Program-made: the position numbers and the translations under genes | In this document: one piece after another, positions 25,171-37,378 of the stretch | How positions within the stretch are numbered: position 1 is the first letter of the stretch | Layout: every line of letters starts with the position of its first letter | Assembly: GCA_028534125.1 (NCBI GenBank) | Contig: CM052824.1 | Location: forward strand, 49,600,001-49,664,000 | Direction of reading: 5' to 3' | DNA: 64,000 nucleotides | From: Lama glama | Lineage: Eukaryota | Notes under the pieces: model-generated | The model's database searches: none | What the model saw: only the letters and a program-made list of their open reading frames with translations | What the model was told of the DNA's origin: nothing

Positions 25171-25340
25171 AAGAAAGGGACTGTTTCTGAGGGATGAAGG
25201 AAAGCTGCGTGGAGGAGGCAGTCTGAGTAGGACCACAGAGGTGGAAGGGAAGGGGCATCCCAGGTTCAGGGAACCCATGAACAAGAACACCGAACAGGAA
25301 GAGAGTGGACTGTGTTTGAGGGATACCAGAGCATATGGCA

Positions 25341-25520
25341 TGTTCTGAACTGAATTGTATCCCTCCAGATTCGTGTTGAAGTCCTAATACCTAGTACTTC
25401 GGAACGTGACCTTGTATGTGGAAAATAGGATTGTTGCAGACGTGATTGGTTAAAATGAGTTCCTATCGAAGTAGAGTGGGCCTCTAATCCAATATGACCC
25501 ATGTCCTTACAGAAAGGACA
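25341..25520 (+). mobile_element. MLT1B/C-like MaLR LTR 5' fragment
   Basis: tgaattgtatccctccagattcgtgttgaagtcctaat...gtgaccttgtatgtggaaaatagg. Confidence 0.8.
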
Positions 25521-26997
25521 TGTGTCTTGCCTCTTAGAGAGAGCAACATACATACAGAGCTAAGGCATAAACTGAAGTATTTCTAAGAACTGATTCAAGT
25601 TTATCTCCTTACCTGAGGTCATTGGGGAAGAAATGGATCAAGAATTGGAAGGTATTGTGAGTTCTGCTATGTGTCAAAGACTGTGCTAGGCACTCTCCAT
25701 GCGTAATTTCATCTTCACTGCACTCTTAGAAGGGAAATCTTGCAATCTTCACTGCACAGAGGATAAGACTGAGGGTCAGAGGGTTTAGGTTACTTGCCCA
25801 AGAACCCACAGATAAGAAATAGCACAGCAGACATCAAAACCCAGTGGTCTAACTTCTGCCATCCCTTCCACTATCACAGAACACCTAGTGATGGAAGAGA
25901 TGACCCAGAGCCTGGCCACCATTCGAGGGAGGAAATGAATCCAAGATCAGAAGGTTGGCAAAGAGATCTGCCTGCAGAATTCTTACCATCTGAAATAACA
26001 GTATCCTTATTTTTTGAGCTACTTTAGTTGGACCGTCTGTTGTTTGCAACCAAAAGCATCCTAACAGAATCAACCATTTAAAATGGGCCAGGTCCTTAGG
26101 TCTAAGATATATTGCAAGAGCTGCATGCCAAGAGGAGCTAATATGCAGTACTCTTGTCTCCCCACCCACATTCTGAACCCACTGAGAAATAAGAACCACA
26201 GAAAGGCAGATGGAGCCCCCAAACATCACCTTTGCTAAAGATAAAGCTGCTATTAGAGAACATGGCTCTGTCTGTAGGGAAGTGGGCTGCCTTATGTCAC
26301 ACCCAGAATAGGCAGACTCGCCCACCTGGCAGTAGGCAGCGTTGGGCCACGGCAGGGACTGGAAGAACCAAGCAGAACCTGACTTCCCGTGGGCAGCTCT
26401 CTCCCAAGAGAGGGGGGAGGAAGATGCTGGGCTCCTGTTGCTAATTTTCATATCCCAGAGTCACCAGTGAGCCAGGTCACTCAGTGGGGAGGGCGTGTGA
26501 GAGAGTCTAGCCAGTGTTGCTTCTAGACGACTCATCAAGAGTGGGGAAGAAATTTTTTTCCAGGAGGGTAAAATTGAAAGAAAGAGAGAGAGAGAAGGCA
26601 AGAAAGCAGAATAATTGTGTATTTTGAACATATTTTTGTTTAAAAAAATGGAAGAAGAAAACCCCTACATGTGTGTATGTGTTTGTCTAAGCACAGACAG
26701 GCATGGAAACATATACGGCAAGGTTCCCCCAAGGGCTGAGGGTGGAGGAGGGAGGGAAAGAAGATAAAGGATGTTTAAGGGGATAAGAGGGCAACGAGGT
26801 ATAAGGTTCTTGCCCACTAGGAGTTGCCAGTCCTGCAGGGAAGCTCAGACGACGTTCGGGATCCCATCCGGAAAATTAGATAGTGTTATGGGTTCAGGTT
26901 GGAACTGGATCGTGCAGACTGTTCTTGAGAGATTGAAGAAGTCAGAGGAGGGTTCATGAAGGAGATGAACACTGATTGGAAGGTTAAGAGTGCAGAC

Positions 26998-27168
26998 CAG
27001 TTGTTCTCAAAGAGTGGTCCCCAGACCAGCAGGGTCCATATCACCTGGAAACTTGTTAGAAATACAAATTCTTGGGCCCCACCCTAGACCTACTGCATCA
27101 GAAACTTGGAGGATGTTATAACCAGCTCTCCGGGTAACCCTGATGCTTGCTAAAATGTAGAACGACTG
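26998..27168. mobile_element. MER5A hAT-Charlie DNA transposon
   Basis: cagttgttctcaaag.gtggtccccagaccagcag...gaaacttgttagaaatacaaattcttgggcccc...agaacgactg, with CAGT..ACTG termini. Confidence 0.85.
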
Positions 27169-28049
27169 ATGTAGAAGATGCAGCTTCGGGTCAGATCACC
27201 TGAGTTTAATCCTGGCTCTGGTTCTTAGGATCTCTGGCCTTGGGTAGCTCAAAAAAACTTCAGAGAGTCTCAAGTTCCTTGTTGAGGAAAATAGGAATAT
27301 TGTCCTGTCTTGCACAATGATAATTACTAGGTATATACAGGCACCATTTTTGATAATGAGGTCCAGAGTTGAAGAGTCACAACCTCTGGCCTCAAGAAGC
27401 TAGCAGTCAGTGGAATGTACTAAGAGCAAATATTTATTGGCTTAATTGTGCCAATTAAGTTGAGTGCTTTACATGTATTATCTCATTTAGATCTCCCAAC
27501 ACGCCTACGAGGTAAGAACAATGATTATCCTTCTTTCCAGATGAGGCTGAGTGACCAGGAAAAATGCACATGGCCACTGTGTGGATAGGGGAGCCAAACA
27601 GGTTGTCTGACTTCAGAGCCCAAGGGAGAGAGATCTCCAAGTGGCTGAACAAGCAGGAAGTAAGACCAGTGTGGGACCCCCTTCCCAGAGAGGAGAGATC
27701 AGAGCTGAGAGAGGGGCTCCAAGTAGAGGTGAGGGCAGTTTTATCAGGACCCCCTCCATGGCCACTTACGTGTGGAGATAATTTTGTCCACAATTCCACA
27801 CCTACTTCCGATTTCAAAGGGTCTACGTTTCAAAGCTTTAAAGCTTTTGGCTGAAGATCATTGCCAGAATTCTAGACCAAGTAGCAGGTATTCTGTTCCT
27901 TGCTCTCCAGAAAAGTGAAAACAGGAAAGAAAGAACTGAGTCGTGGAGAACATGCAACAATACAGCTGCAGCATTTCAGGGCTAATGGCATAAAAGCATC
28001 CTCACACCAAAGCATCACCGCCATATTGAATTTTTGGTTGTGTTTAACT

Positions 28050-28543
28050 TTGGTTAATCTCTGCTTGCCCTTTCCCATCTCTACTACCCCTTGCTGGGTT
28101 TGTTATCTGCTCTTCTCTGACCTGTTCTGTGTCCCCAGAGGCCAACCACTGCAAAGCCCATCAGTCAGCTGCCACTGGCCTCTGGCTTCCTGATGGACAC
28201 ACCAAGAGGAGATCGGAAGGCAGGAAGAAAGAGAGATGGGGTCTCTGTCCTGCCCGCTTCTTCCTGCCTGGCTACGGGGTGTCTCCTAGTGCTTTTCTCT
28301 GTGACTACAAACCCTGTAGAGCGTCCTCTTCCGTGGTCCCAGCTCTCACCAGCAGCTAGCCTCTTCCTTTGTCCTTTGAGGTCTGGAATGACGGTAACTT
28401 TCTGCTATTGCTGGCTCCTCACCGTCCTCCATAGCTTCCCTTAACCCTGCCCACAGCTCATAAACAGCCACTTCCTTACAGTCTCTTTCTGGTACAACTT
28501 TTGAGCATTCCATCTGTTTCCTGAGTAAGACCTTGCTGACACA
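28050..28543 (+). mobile_element. LTR33-like ERVL solo LTR
   Basis: 3' end ccttaaccctgcccaca...ttgagcattccatctgtttcctg...gctgacaca. Confidence 0.65.
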
Positions 28544-29895
28544 GACACCAACACCAGTAACGGCTAGCATCGATGGGGTACTTACCACATGTGTGACCTT
28601 ATTCCAAAAGCGTTACATGCTTTAACTCATTTAAACCTTCCTGGGTGTTAGGTGCTATCAGGCATTATTCTTAAATGAATGCTAGTTACCTTTGGCCAAT
28701 GAACTTCAGGCATGGTCCCAGATGAAAGAAACAGAGTGGTAAGTCAAACAGAAGCTCTTGGAATGGTGTCTGACTTTTATGACTCATCTTGCAGATGCCG
28801 GGTGCCTCTGTCAGTGACAGCCTCTCATTGGGGTCTATTTTTCCTCCCCAAGCTCTTTGGGTATTGGAACTCTTTCCTGTGCTCCTGGGTCCCTCCAAGC
28901 ACCCAGCACAGGCTGAGAGGCCGGCAGCAGATGCTCCGTGAGCTCCTGCGGACTGATTGATCGGCTGATACTGTGTGGCTGAATGAGTAGATGCTTTCAG
29001 AGCAGCTGCTGCCAGGGGAAAATTCCAAGTGCAAAATATTATTATTAATTATCACGATTGCTCTTTTGGCTGCAGGCACTGTGTCTGCTTAGAGGAAAGA
29101 GATAAGGCATCCTTGCCAAAGTCAAAAGACTGATTAATGCTGGTGGATTTTTGTCCTCTGAGAGGAGGCTACAGAACGTTATGGTTTTGTTTTTAATGAC
29201 TTCTAGACTAAGTTAAAAAAAAAAAACAGCGATGCCTGGATTTGAAGCCTGGCTAGGCTTAAGACCGTGTGACCTTGGGTGAATTATTTAACCTCTCTAT
29301 GCCTCAGAGTCTTCACTGATTAAATGAGAAGTTAGGACTAGGTTATGTCTAAGATCCCTCCTAGTAGTTCTCCAAAGATGCTGGGCAGTGCAACACCAAG
29401 GCCCCAGCTGACTGGCTCTCTGCGCTCATCCATCCCTTGTCCTGCTAATGGCGTAAACTCAAATGCCAATGCCTCTTGCCTTTTGGGTTCCTTTGGGTGT
29501 CAGAGTTGAATGTGTTCTCCTTTTGCTGCTGTGAGAGTCATGGGCATAGTGGGGAGAAGCGACAGACCGACAGAGTCTCTTTTTCCTCCTCCTCCCTCTT
29601 CCTCCTTCTCTTTCCCATCCTCCTTCAGGGTCACAATAGGATCAAGAACAAGAATGGCGATGACAGCCACCAGTTCCCACGGCGGGAGGCTTTGCTTGGT
29701 GCCCAATCATCGTTATCAGCGCTTTCTGGGAATTAATCCTTTTTATCCTCCGTAACACCTCAGTGAGGGAAATGCTGTTATTACGCTTTCTTTGCTGATG
29801 AAGAAATAAAGGCACAAGACTTTTGAGTCTCCTCCGTGAGGTCACACAGCTGGAAGTAGCACCCACCCTCAGAGCTGGAAGGACCCCATCAGGCC

Positions 29896-30053
29896 CACTG
29901 TGGCTCAACCTGCCTGCCCCTGGGAACCCCTGGGGAGCTTGAAAAATGCTGTTGCCTGGGTCCTACCCAAAGGTTCTGAGTTTGGGGTGCAGCTGAGTTT
30001 TTTTTTAATCTCCCCAGATGACTCTAACATGTGGCAAAATTCAAGAACCACTA
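29896..30053. mobile_element. MER5A1-like DNA transposon
   Basis: cctggggagctttgaaaaatgctg..gcctgggtcctaccc...ctccccagatgactctaa...aagaaccact. Confidence 0.7.
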
Positions 30054-30579
30054 ATTTCACCTAATTATCTATTTTGCAGATGAGGGAATTGAGGCTCAAA
30101 GAAGGGAGGCAGATTCACTTGAGTTGCTCTGGTATGTGTGCCCCCACCCCCATATCCCTCAGGTAGGGGTACAGGGGAAGTGATGCTGGAGCTTGAAGAG
30201 CTGATCCTGCACTATGTGGCCCTGTCTCAGCCCTGTATGTCTGAGTCTCCCCCGGGGTACCACTGGGGATGGTCTTCACTAATCCTCCTTCATCCCTCTG
30301 TCCAGATCAGCATCAGTCAAGCGTCGAGGTAACTGGGGACCCCAAGCAGGGGGCTGAAGAGAGATCAGAGATGGAGACCTTGCTGTGGTCAGCCCTGGGG
30401 ACTTAATTATCCTTCACCTTGACCTAAGCCTTGTTCTTATCCTCTCCCAGCACATGATTTCCCGAGCCGAGTCCTCACAGGTTTGAACTGGCGGAGATCA
30501 ACAACATCTGATCTATTGTGCTGGTGCTGAGCACACTGACCCCAGGCAGAAACAGCCTAGGGGCTTGGACTGAAACAGA

Positions 30580-30775
30580 ATCATAACAGCAACCTTCTAA
30601 GAAGTGCTTTCTATGAGCCAAGCACTATGAACATTATTTCATTTAAGCCTAAGTGGGAAATATTATGAATCCTATGTTTTAATTGTGGAAACAAGGGACT
30701 GGAAGGATTAAATGATTTGCCCAGGATATGTTAGCTAGTAAATGACAGAATGGAGATTTGAATCCAGGTCACCTG
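30580..30775 (-). mobile_element. MIR SINE
   Basis: aaatgatttgcccagga...tagctagtaaatgacagaatggagatttgaatccaggtc. Confidence 0.7.
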
Positions 30776-31589
30776 TTGATGTTAGTCTAAAAGCCACCTT
30801 CTCCAGGAAGTCTTCCCTGAACACCAAGATAGACTAAAACAGATCCTTTCATCATGCTCCAGCATTCTCTAGTGCTACGTATCTCCTTTAATAAGTAAGT
30901 ATTCATCAGTGCTGCTATTTCATGAGGCTCTATCTCTCCCACAAGACCATAATCTCCTTGAAGGGTTTGTTTTTGCTTAACACCCCCAAACATATCCCCA
31001 GTTCTCAGTGTAGTACCTACCACAGTGACAGACCAGTTGTTCAATAAGTATTGAAAGAAAGAAAATGGTCCAACTGACCCCCATAGTCAATGTTTATACC
31101 TACAGCACAGTCTGACAGATTTCCCCCAAATTTACATCAACCACTTGGGGATAGTCTCCAAAATTAGCCTTTTTTAAGAATGGAGGGTGCTCCAGAAGGA
31201 GGAAGGTCTCAGGTCCTTGCCATATTAAGGATATTGGGAATCTTTGAGAAATTTTAACCTAAGAAGAAAGAGAATTCCATCACAATTGTGCATGCCTTGC
31301 ACATCATTATTGGCCCAGTGGAGGCCAAGGAGCCTGAGCTGAACAGGGACAGATCTGGCCCTTCAACTGGATCATCAGAACTTACTAAGCTTTGTCTATG
31401 TGCCAGGATGTCCAAGATGCCCATGATGTAGCATGTATGATTGCATTTAGTTACATGTAGCAGAAGTCTGTCCAGGAGATTAACCAAATTGGGGTTTGAT
31501 TTTTATATCTGACAACCAGTCCAGAAGAGGGAAGTCCCAGGCTCTCACAGCTGTTCAAAGAAGTCCTTGATGACTCCAGATGCTTGCTC

Positions 31590-31930
31590 AGCTATGCCCA
31601 GTGTGATTTTTTTTTTTTATCCTCATGGTCACAAGATGGTTGCTCCACCTTGAGGTGTGAAGTTCAAGGTTCCAGATGGGAAGATGGGGTGAGGGTGGGT
31701 GGGAATGAAGGACCAAGGGCCAAGAGCCACCTGGAATCCTTTATCAGGAAACCCATCCTATAGAATTCAACTTGGATCTTATTGGTCCAAATCAGGTCAT
31801 GTGGCATCTGAGCTTCAAAGGGGTCTTGGGCGGGGGTGAATGTTTTTAAATAAGCATGTTGCCCGGTTGGGATTCTGTTAGAAAGGAAGATGGGAAGAAT
31901 GGATACTGAGTAGGTCACTGGCAATATTGG
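31590..31930 (-). mobile_element. MLT1J/K-like MaLR LTR
   Basis: cctcatggtcacaagatggttgc...gggattctgttagaaaggaaga. Confidence 0.65.
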
Positions 31931-32834
31931 CCATATTAGGCTCTGTGTTCGGCATGCAGAATATAAAGATGAACAACACAGCCTCCTCCTACCTTCGGGC
32001 ATAGCACCTGGTAGAGGAGCCAGACAACCTTTTACAGTACAATGTAGACATTATTAGAAGAGTGGTGGGAGCACAGAAAAGAGAGAGTGAGCAGATTATT
32101 GGGAAAGCTGGAGTAGGTATCACAAAGAAGATGACATTTTGCCAATTGGGATGGATGACAATGGGATAATAGTTTTCACATTAAGTGAGGACCTAACCTT
32201 TCTAAAGCTGGTCTCAAACTCCCTGTTAGCCCTAGATCTTGGGATTACTCCATTCTGAATGCTTCAGACCCACATATAACTAGATCTATTTTTCCTTCTT
32301 TGGGATGGGTCTTGAAGGATGAATAGGAGTTTGGCAAATAAACAATGAGAGCCTGGCCATTCAAAATCGGATTCCAATCTGTTGTTAGGCTCAGCTCTTG
32401 GGATTACTGTACTCCCCAGACAGCTTGCTGTTCCCACATATCCCATAGTCCATTATTCCTCTTTGCCCTTCCTTCTGTGCACATGCTATTTTTCCTGCTT
32501 GGAATGCCCCTTCCCCTTTATCCTCTGGAGTAGGCTCTCCTGTTCTGGTGACTCATCATTGGCCAGCTGTTTACAGGGCAAGAAAGAACTTCATTAGAGT
32601 GAGATGTATTCAGAAAATGGATCGCAGTCACATGGCCCAGATGCAGACCTTGGCTTTGCTGGTCTTAGGAATGAAGGAAAGGGGGAAACTAATGCTTTGT
32701 TGTTGCCTCACTTTCCCCTCCCTCTCTTGACTCAGTGAAAAGCAGCAAGATGACCCTGGGCAGGTTGCATTGTCCGTGCACGGGGATTCTCCCTTCTCCA
32801 GCCACCTCCTAAATTCTTGTTCATCAAATTCCAT

Positions 32835-33493
32835 NNNNNNNNNNNNNNNNNNNNNNNNNNNNNNNNNNNNNNNNNNNNNNNNNNNNNNNNNNNNNNNNNN
32901 NNNNNNNNNNNNNNNNNNNNNNNNNNNNNNNNNNNNNNNNNNNNNNNNNNNNNNNNNNNNNNNNNNNNNNNNNNNNNNNNNNNNNNNGACATGAATGGAT
33001 CTGAAGATTGTCATTCTAAGTAAAGTAAGCCAGAAAGAGAAAGCACTTTATATGTGGAATCTGAAAAAAAGTATTTATATGTGGAATCTGAAAAAAAGCA
33101 TTTATATGTGGAATCTGAAAAAAAGACACAAATGAACTTATTTACAAAACAGAAACAGACTCGCAGACATAGGAAACAAACTTATGGTTGCTGGGGGTGG
33201 GGACGGTAGGGGGTGGGAAGGGATAAATTGGGAGTTCAAGATGTGCAGATACTAACTACTATATATGAAATAGATAAACAACAAGTTTCTACTGTACAGC
33301 ACAGGGAACTCTATTCAATATCTGGTAGTAACCTATAATGCAAAAGAATATGAAAAGGAATATATGTATGTATATGTATGACTGAAACTTTATGCTGTAC
33401 ACCAGAAACTGATACAATGTTGTAAACTGACAAAAAAAATTGAAATCAGATTTCTACTAGCAAAATAAACTCTGTAGTATCTTAAAAAAAAAA
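32835..33493 (+). mobile_element. 5'-truncated L1 (5' part in an N-gap) with internal 27-bp triplication and a double poly(A) tail
   Basis: L1 ORF2 end and 3' UTR at 32988-33431; N-run at 32835-32987; candidate TSD AAATTC(C/T)AT at 32826-32834 and 33491-33499. Confidence 0.88.
33047..33125. repeat. 27-bp tandem repeat x3 within L1
   Basis: TTTATATGTGGAATCTGAAAAAAAG(Y)A starting at 33047, 33074 and 33101. Confidence 0.92.
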
Positions 33494-33819
33494 TTCTATT
33501 CTTTGCAGTGATCTCACAAAGAGCTTGGCCTCCAGAGTCAGGCCACCTGGGATTTGGATTGTGAGCCGTGACTCACCTAGAACAAGTCATTCAACTCCTA
33601 AAAGGTCCATCTTCAAAATGGAGATAACAGCACAAACCTTGTTAGGGTGGTTTTGAGGATTTAATGGGATAACTCCCATGAACTGGAGTGCCGAGGCTGA
33701 TGGGAAATACTCAGTACATATCTGGCATTATTGTTACTCTGAGATTCTTCTCTCACCTCTTAGCTCTTTTCTTTCTTTTCTCTTTTTTTTTGTCTTGAGC
33801 CATTTCATTTGATTGGAAA

Positions 33820-34040
33820 GCATCTGGTATAGTGGGAAGGACATAGACACCAGAGTGACACACCCCAGAGTTCTGATCCCAGCTCTGCTGATTTGCTGGC
33901 CATGTAACCTTGGACAAGTTACTCCTCTGAGTCGTCTTCCTCATCTGTAAAGCCTGGACAATAATACTACTTTGTAGTTCTTGTAAAGATTAAGCTAGTT
34001 AACTGTCTGACACTTAATAGATGCTCAGTAAATGTTAGCC
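33820..34040 (+). mobile_element. MIR SINE
   Basis: cccagctctgc...gtaaccttggacaagttactcctctgagtc..cttcctcatctgtaaa. Confidence 0.8.
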
Positions 34041-34389
34041 ACCCACGCTTTCTATTTCTGAGCCTTCCTAGGCATTGATAAACTAGCAGTTCTGAGGCAC
34101 CTCACTCACACAAAACCTGCACAAGGTGAATCTTGCCTGAGAGAGACTGGGAAGGACAGTCTTCACAGCGGGAGAACCAAAAAGCCTGTCGAGTAAATGT
34201 TTGGGGCTCAACTCCGCGTGATGCAGGGACGGAGACTGCTACCCTTCTCAGAACACGTTCCCAAGAAAGCATGGGGAAAACTCAGTCCAGGGGCTCATCT
34301 GGAGGTCTGCAGTGGAATTCAGTGCTGAGAGCATTGTTTAGAAATGATATTCCTAGCCTGCAGGGGGTGAAGATGAAAGTGGATTTGCT

Positions 34390-34480
34390 GGTGAAAAACA
34401 ATATGAAACAAATACATGCATGTTCATGCATGACTGAAGCATTATGCTGTGCACCAGAAACTGACAACATTGTAAATTGA

Positions 34481-34515
<35 letters not shown>

Positions 34516-34536
34516 CACATACACAATAGAAAATAA
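34390..34536 (+). mobile_element. Short 5'-truncated L1 3' end
   Basis: atgactgaagcattatgctgtgcaccagaaactgac; TSD GA(A/G)AGTGGATTTGCT at 34375-34389 and 34537-34551 (14/15). Confidence 0.88.
34481..34515. repeat. (CTAT)n tetranucleotide microsatellite, about 8.75 units
   Basis: Uninterrupted CTAT run seen directly. Confidence 0.95.
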
Positions 34537-34699
34537 GAGAGTGGATTTGCTTCATTTTTCTGCAGGAGTTAGCAAGTAGAAGAGGAATGCTTCAACAACA
34601 ATAGTGGAAAGTGGGTGCAGCACTAGAATCTTCCGTTTGGCCCTCCAGACCCACACTCCATTTTGCTTTCTGCCCCAGAAGCCTGGACAGCATGGACCG

Positions 34700-35060
34700 C
34701 ATCTGTGAGTTCTGCCGTTTTTGAGCCTTGGTTGGTTAAGGAGGGAGGAGAGAGAGTAAAGTGGGGATGATTTTTCCTGCCCCCTCCAGGCAGTTTCACG
34801 GCCAGCTGGCTGGTCTCCAAAGGTCACAGCTTTCATTCAGGCAACTGTCTCCACAGAATGTTCTCTCCCTTAGGGTTCCTGCTAACTGCTCCCTGCCCCC
34901 TCCCTGGCAGCCTGTGGTTTCCAGCCCCAGCATGTTGCACCCTCCCTTATGCTGCCCCCAGCCCTGCCCACATCTCTACAACTGGTTCTTTTATTAAATT
35001 TACCTGAAATTACCCAGTTTGCATGTGCTGCATATTTCCTGCTAGCACCTTAGCTGATAA
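34700..35060 (+). mobile_element. LTR33-like ERVL LTR fragment
   Basis: 3' end attaaattt...ttacccagtttgcatgtgctgcatatttcctgctag...gctgata. Confidence 0.55.
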
Positions 35061-35128
35061 AGAGGAACTTGTCACAGATCCTCTGTCCAGTGTTTTTTTG
35101 TAAGTCCCTGGTTCTCTTTGCAGTGATA

Positions 35129-35516
35129 TGTACCAGTTTCTGGTGTAACAGAGTGCCACAGACTGGGTAGATTTACAGCTGAAATTAATTTTCTCACAAT
35201 TGTGGTAACTAGAAGTTCAGGGTGAGATCAGGGTGCTGGCAGGGCCCTTGTGAGGGCCATGAGGGAAAGATCTGTTCCTCGGCTTGTGGATGGCCATCTT
35301 CCCCCTGTGGTCTTCCCTCTGTGTGTGTCTGTGTCCCCATTTCCTCTTCTTATAAAGACACCAGTCTTACTCGATTAGGGCTCACCCTAAAGGTCTCATT
35401 TTAGTTTAATCACCGCTTTAAGATCCTATCTCCAAACACTGTTTGTTACATTCGGAAGTGTGGGGGTTACGACTTCAACATGTGAGTTTTGAGGGGGACA
35501 CAGTTCATCCCATAAC
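35129..35516 (-). mobile_element. MLT1A/B-like MaLR solo LTR
   Basis: gtaacagagtgccacagactgggt...tcttataaagacaccagtc...ggggttacgacttcaacatgtgag...gacacagttcatcccata. Confidence 0.85.
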
Positions 35517-36889
35517 TGGGTGGTTGAGATATGGGGGTGTGATTGCCAGGTAGGAATAAGACTTGTTGAAGGCAGTGGGGACATAGCAGCATTCAAAAGG
35601 GATGAAGTCCTTGCTTTCAAGGGGCTGACATTCAAGCTGGGGGTGGGGGGAAGCAAAGGAGAGACAGATCACATACAAATCAATAACAGAATTATTCCAA
35701 CAGTGATGAATGCCAGAAAGACAAACTCGGGGTATGACAATGACTGTGCCAAGTCCAACGGGTCAAGGATGGCCTCTCTGAGGAGGACACTTGGAAGCTG
35801 ACACATGAATGAGGCGGAAGAATTGCCATTTGACTCCACCCATGAGGGGTGGGACAGTCCTGGCAGAGAAAAAGTGGGCAAATCATAAGCAATGAAGTAT
35901 TTTCATCCAGAGAACAACTTTTGCTGACGCAGAGAGAGAAAGAGAGAGAATTTGGGGGACATGTTTATTTTCATTGGAGAGATTTTTATTTTATTTTATT
36001 TTATTTTAGTATCTAAGGGTACCTAATAAGATAAACTAAAATTAAATAACATTTAAGCAAAAATATAAGAAAATGCTTCACGTTAGCAAACTTCAAAGTT
36101 ATTAAATGCCCTTCACAGCAAAATGGCTCTTTGGCATCCATTTAATGTTGGACTTTAAAAAAGATTCATTAATATCTGGCTGAGGAAATAAAACTAGATA
36201 AAAACTCGATAAAACTAGGAGCCTCGTGGGATTTTTGATTCATACATATTATTGGAGAGAAATTTTAAAACCTAGATGAAACAAGCCTCATTAGAGCGGG
36301 CCATTCTCCAGGACAATCTGTCACACAGCAGCCATCTCTGTACTTGGACACTATCCCCTCCTTTGCTGGCCCACCCGGGAGCAAAGTTCATCCTGGCTCC
36401 GTGGGATACAGGCGATGCAGGATACAGAGATGACTGGGCAGTGCCCCCAAACCAATCCCAGTTTCCCCCCATGGTCTGCTACGCAGCACAGCACAGAGGA
36501 TTACTCTGCTGGAGTCAGGCTCATATTAAAATACTAATCTACATTTAAAATGTTTCCATTGTGTCCATGGGGATCTCCATTCCATATGTTTGCAAGAGCT
36601 CTGGGGCCAGCAGTGTGTTTGATTTTGAGTGCTTTAAAATGAAGGCTAAAGGTGACCTGCAGTAAAGCAGTGCAAGTAATAGCAGAGTGATTATGACACC
36701 CCCTTAGTAAATGTTGACTTCAAGGCTTTTCTTGCCACACACAGCATCGGAGGCTGTTAGGCTGTAACAGATCCTAGAGACCATCTCCTTTAGCCAGTTC
36801 AGCCTCCCTCAGTTTCACCTCTTCCCTTCCCTCCTCCCTTCATCTCTCCCTTCTTCCCTTTCTTCCAAAAATGTGTTAAGCCGACTGCC

Positions 36890-37378
36890 TGTATTAGCTT
36901 CCTTTGGCTGCTATAACAAATGACCACAAACTCAGTGGCTTAAAAAAACACAGCTTTATTATCTTACAGTTCTGGAGGTCAGAAGTCCAAAATAGGTCTC
37001 ACTAGGCTAAAATCAGGCTATTCGCAGAACTGCATTCTTTCTGGAGACTCTAGGAAAGAATCCATTTCTTTGGCCTTCTTGGCTTCTAGAGGCCACCTGC
37101 ATTCCTTAACTCACGGCCCCTTCTTCCATCTTCAAAGCTAGCAATGGACAGTCAAGTTTTTCTCATGTTGCATCACTCTGACTCTGATTCTCCTTTCTTC
37201 ACTTATAAGGACTGTTGTCATTCCGTGGGGCCCATCGCGATAATCCAGAACAAACTCCCCATCTCCAAATTCTTAATCACGTCTGTAAAGTCCCTCTTGC
37301 CTTGGAAGGTAACATATTCACAGGTTCTGGGGATTAGGACATGGACATCTTTGGAACCCCGTTATTCTACCGACCACA
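36890..37378 (-). mobile_element. MLT1D-like MaLR solo LTR
   Basis: tgtattagcttcc...gctataacaaatgaccacaaactcagtggcttaaaa...caggttctggggattaggacatggacatct...accaca. Confidence 0.88.

Noticed and set aside
21086-33023. ORFs containing X runs (21086..21412, 21154..21525, 24712..25341, 24755..25027, 32628..33023 etc.)
   Set aside because: They are open only because they cross N-gaps. The real residues are dead L1 ORF2p C-terminal remnants, not host genes.
33047-33125. 27-bp direct repeats as a possible CRISPR-like array
   Set aside because: Units are directly adjacent with no spacers, lie inside an L1, and the genome is mammalian.
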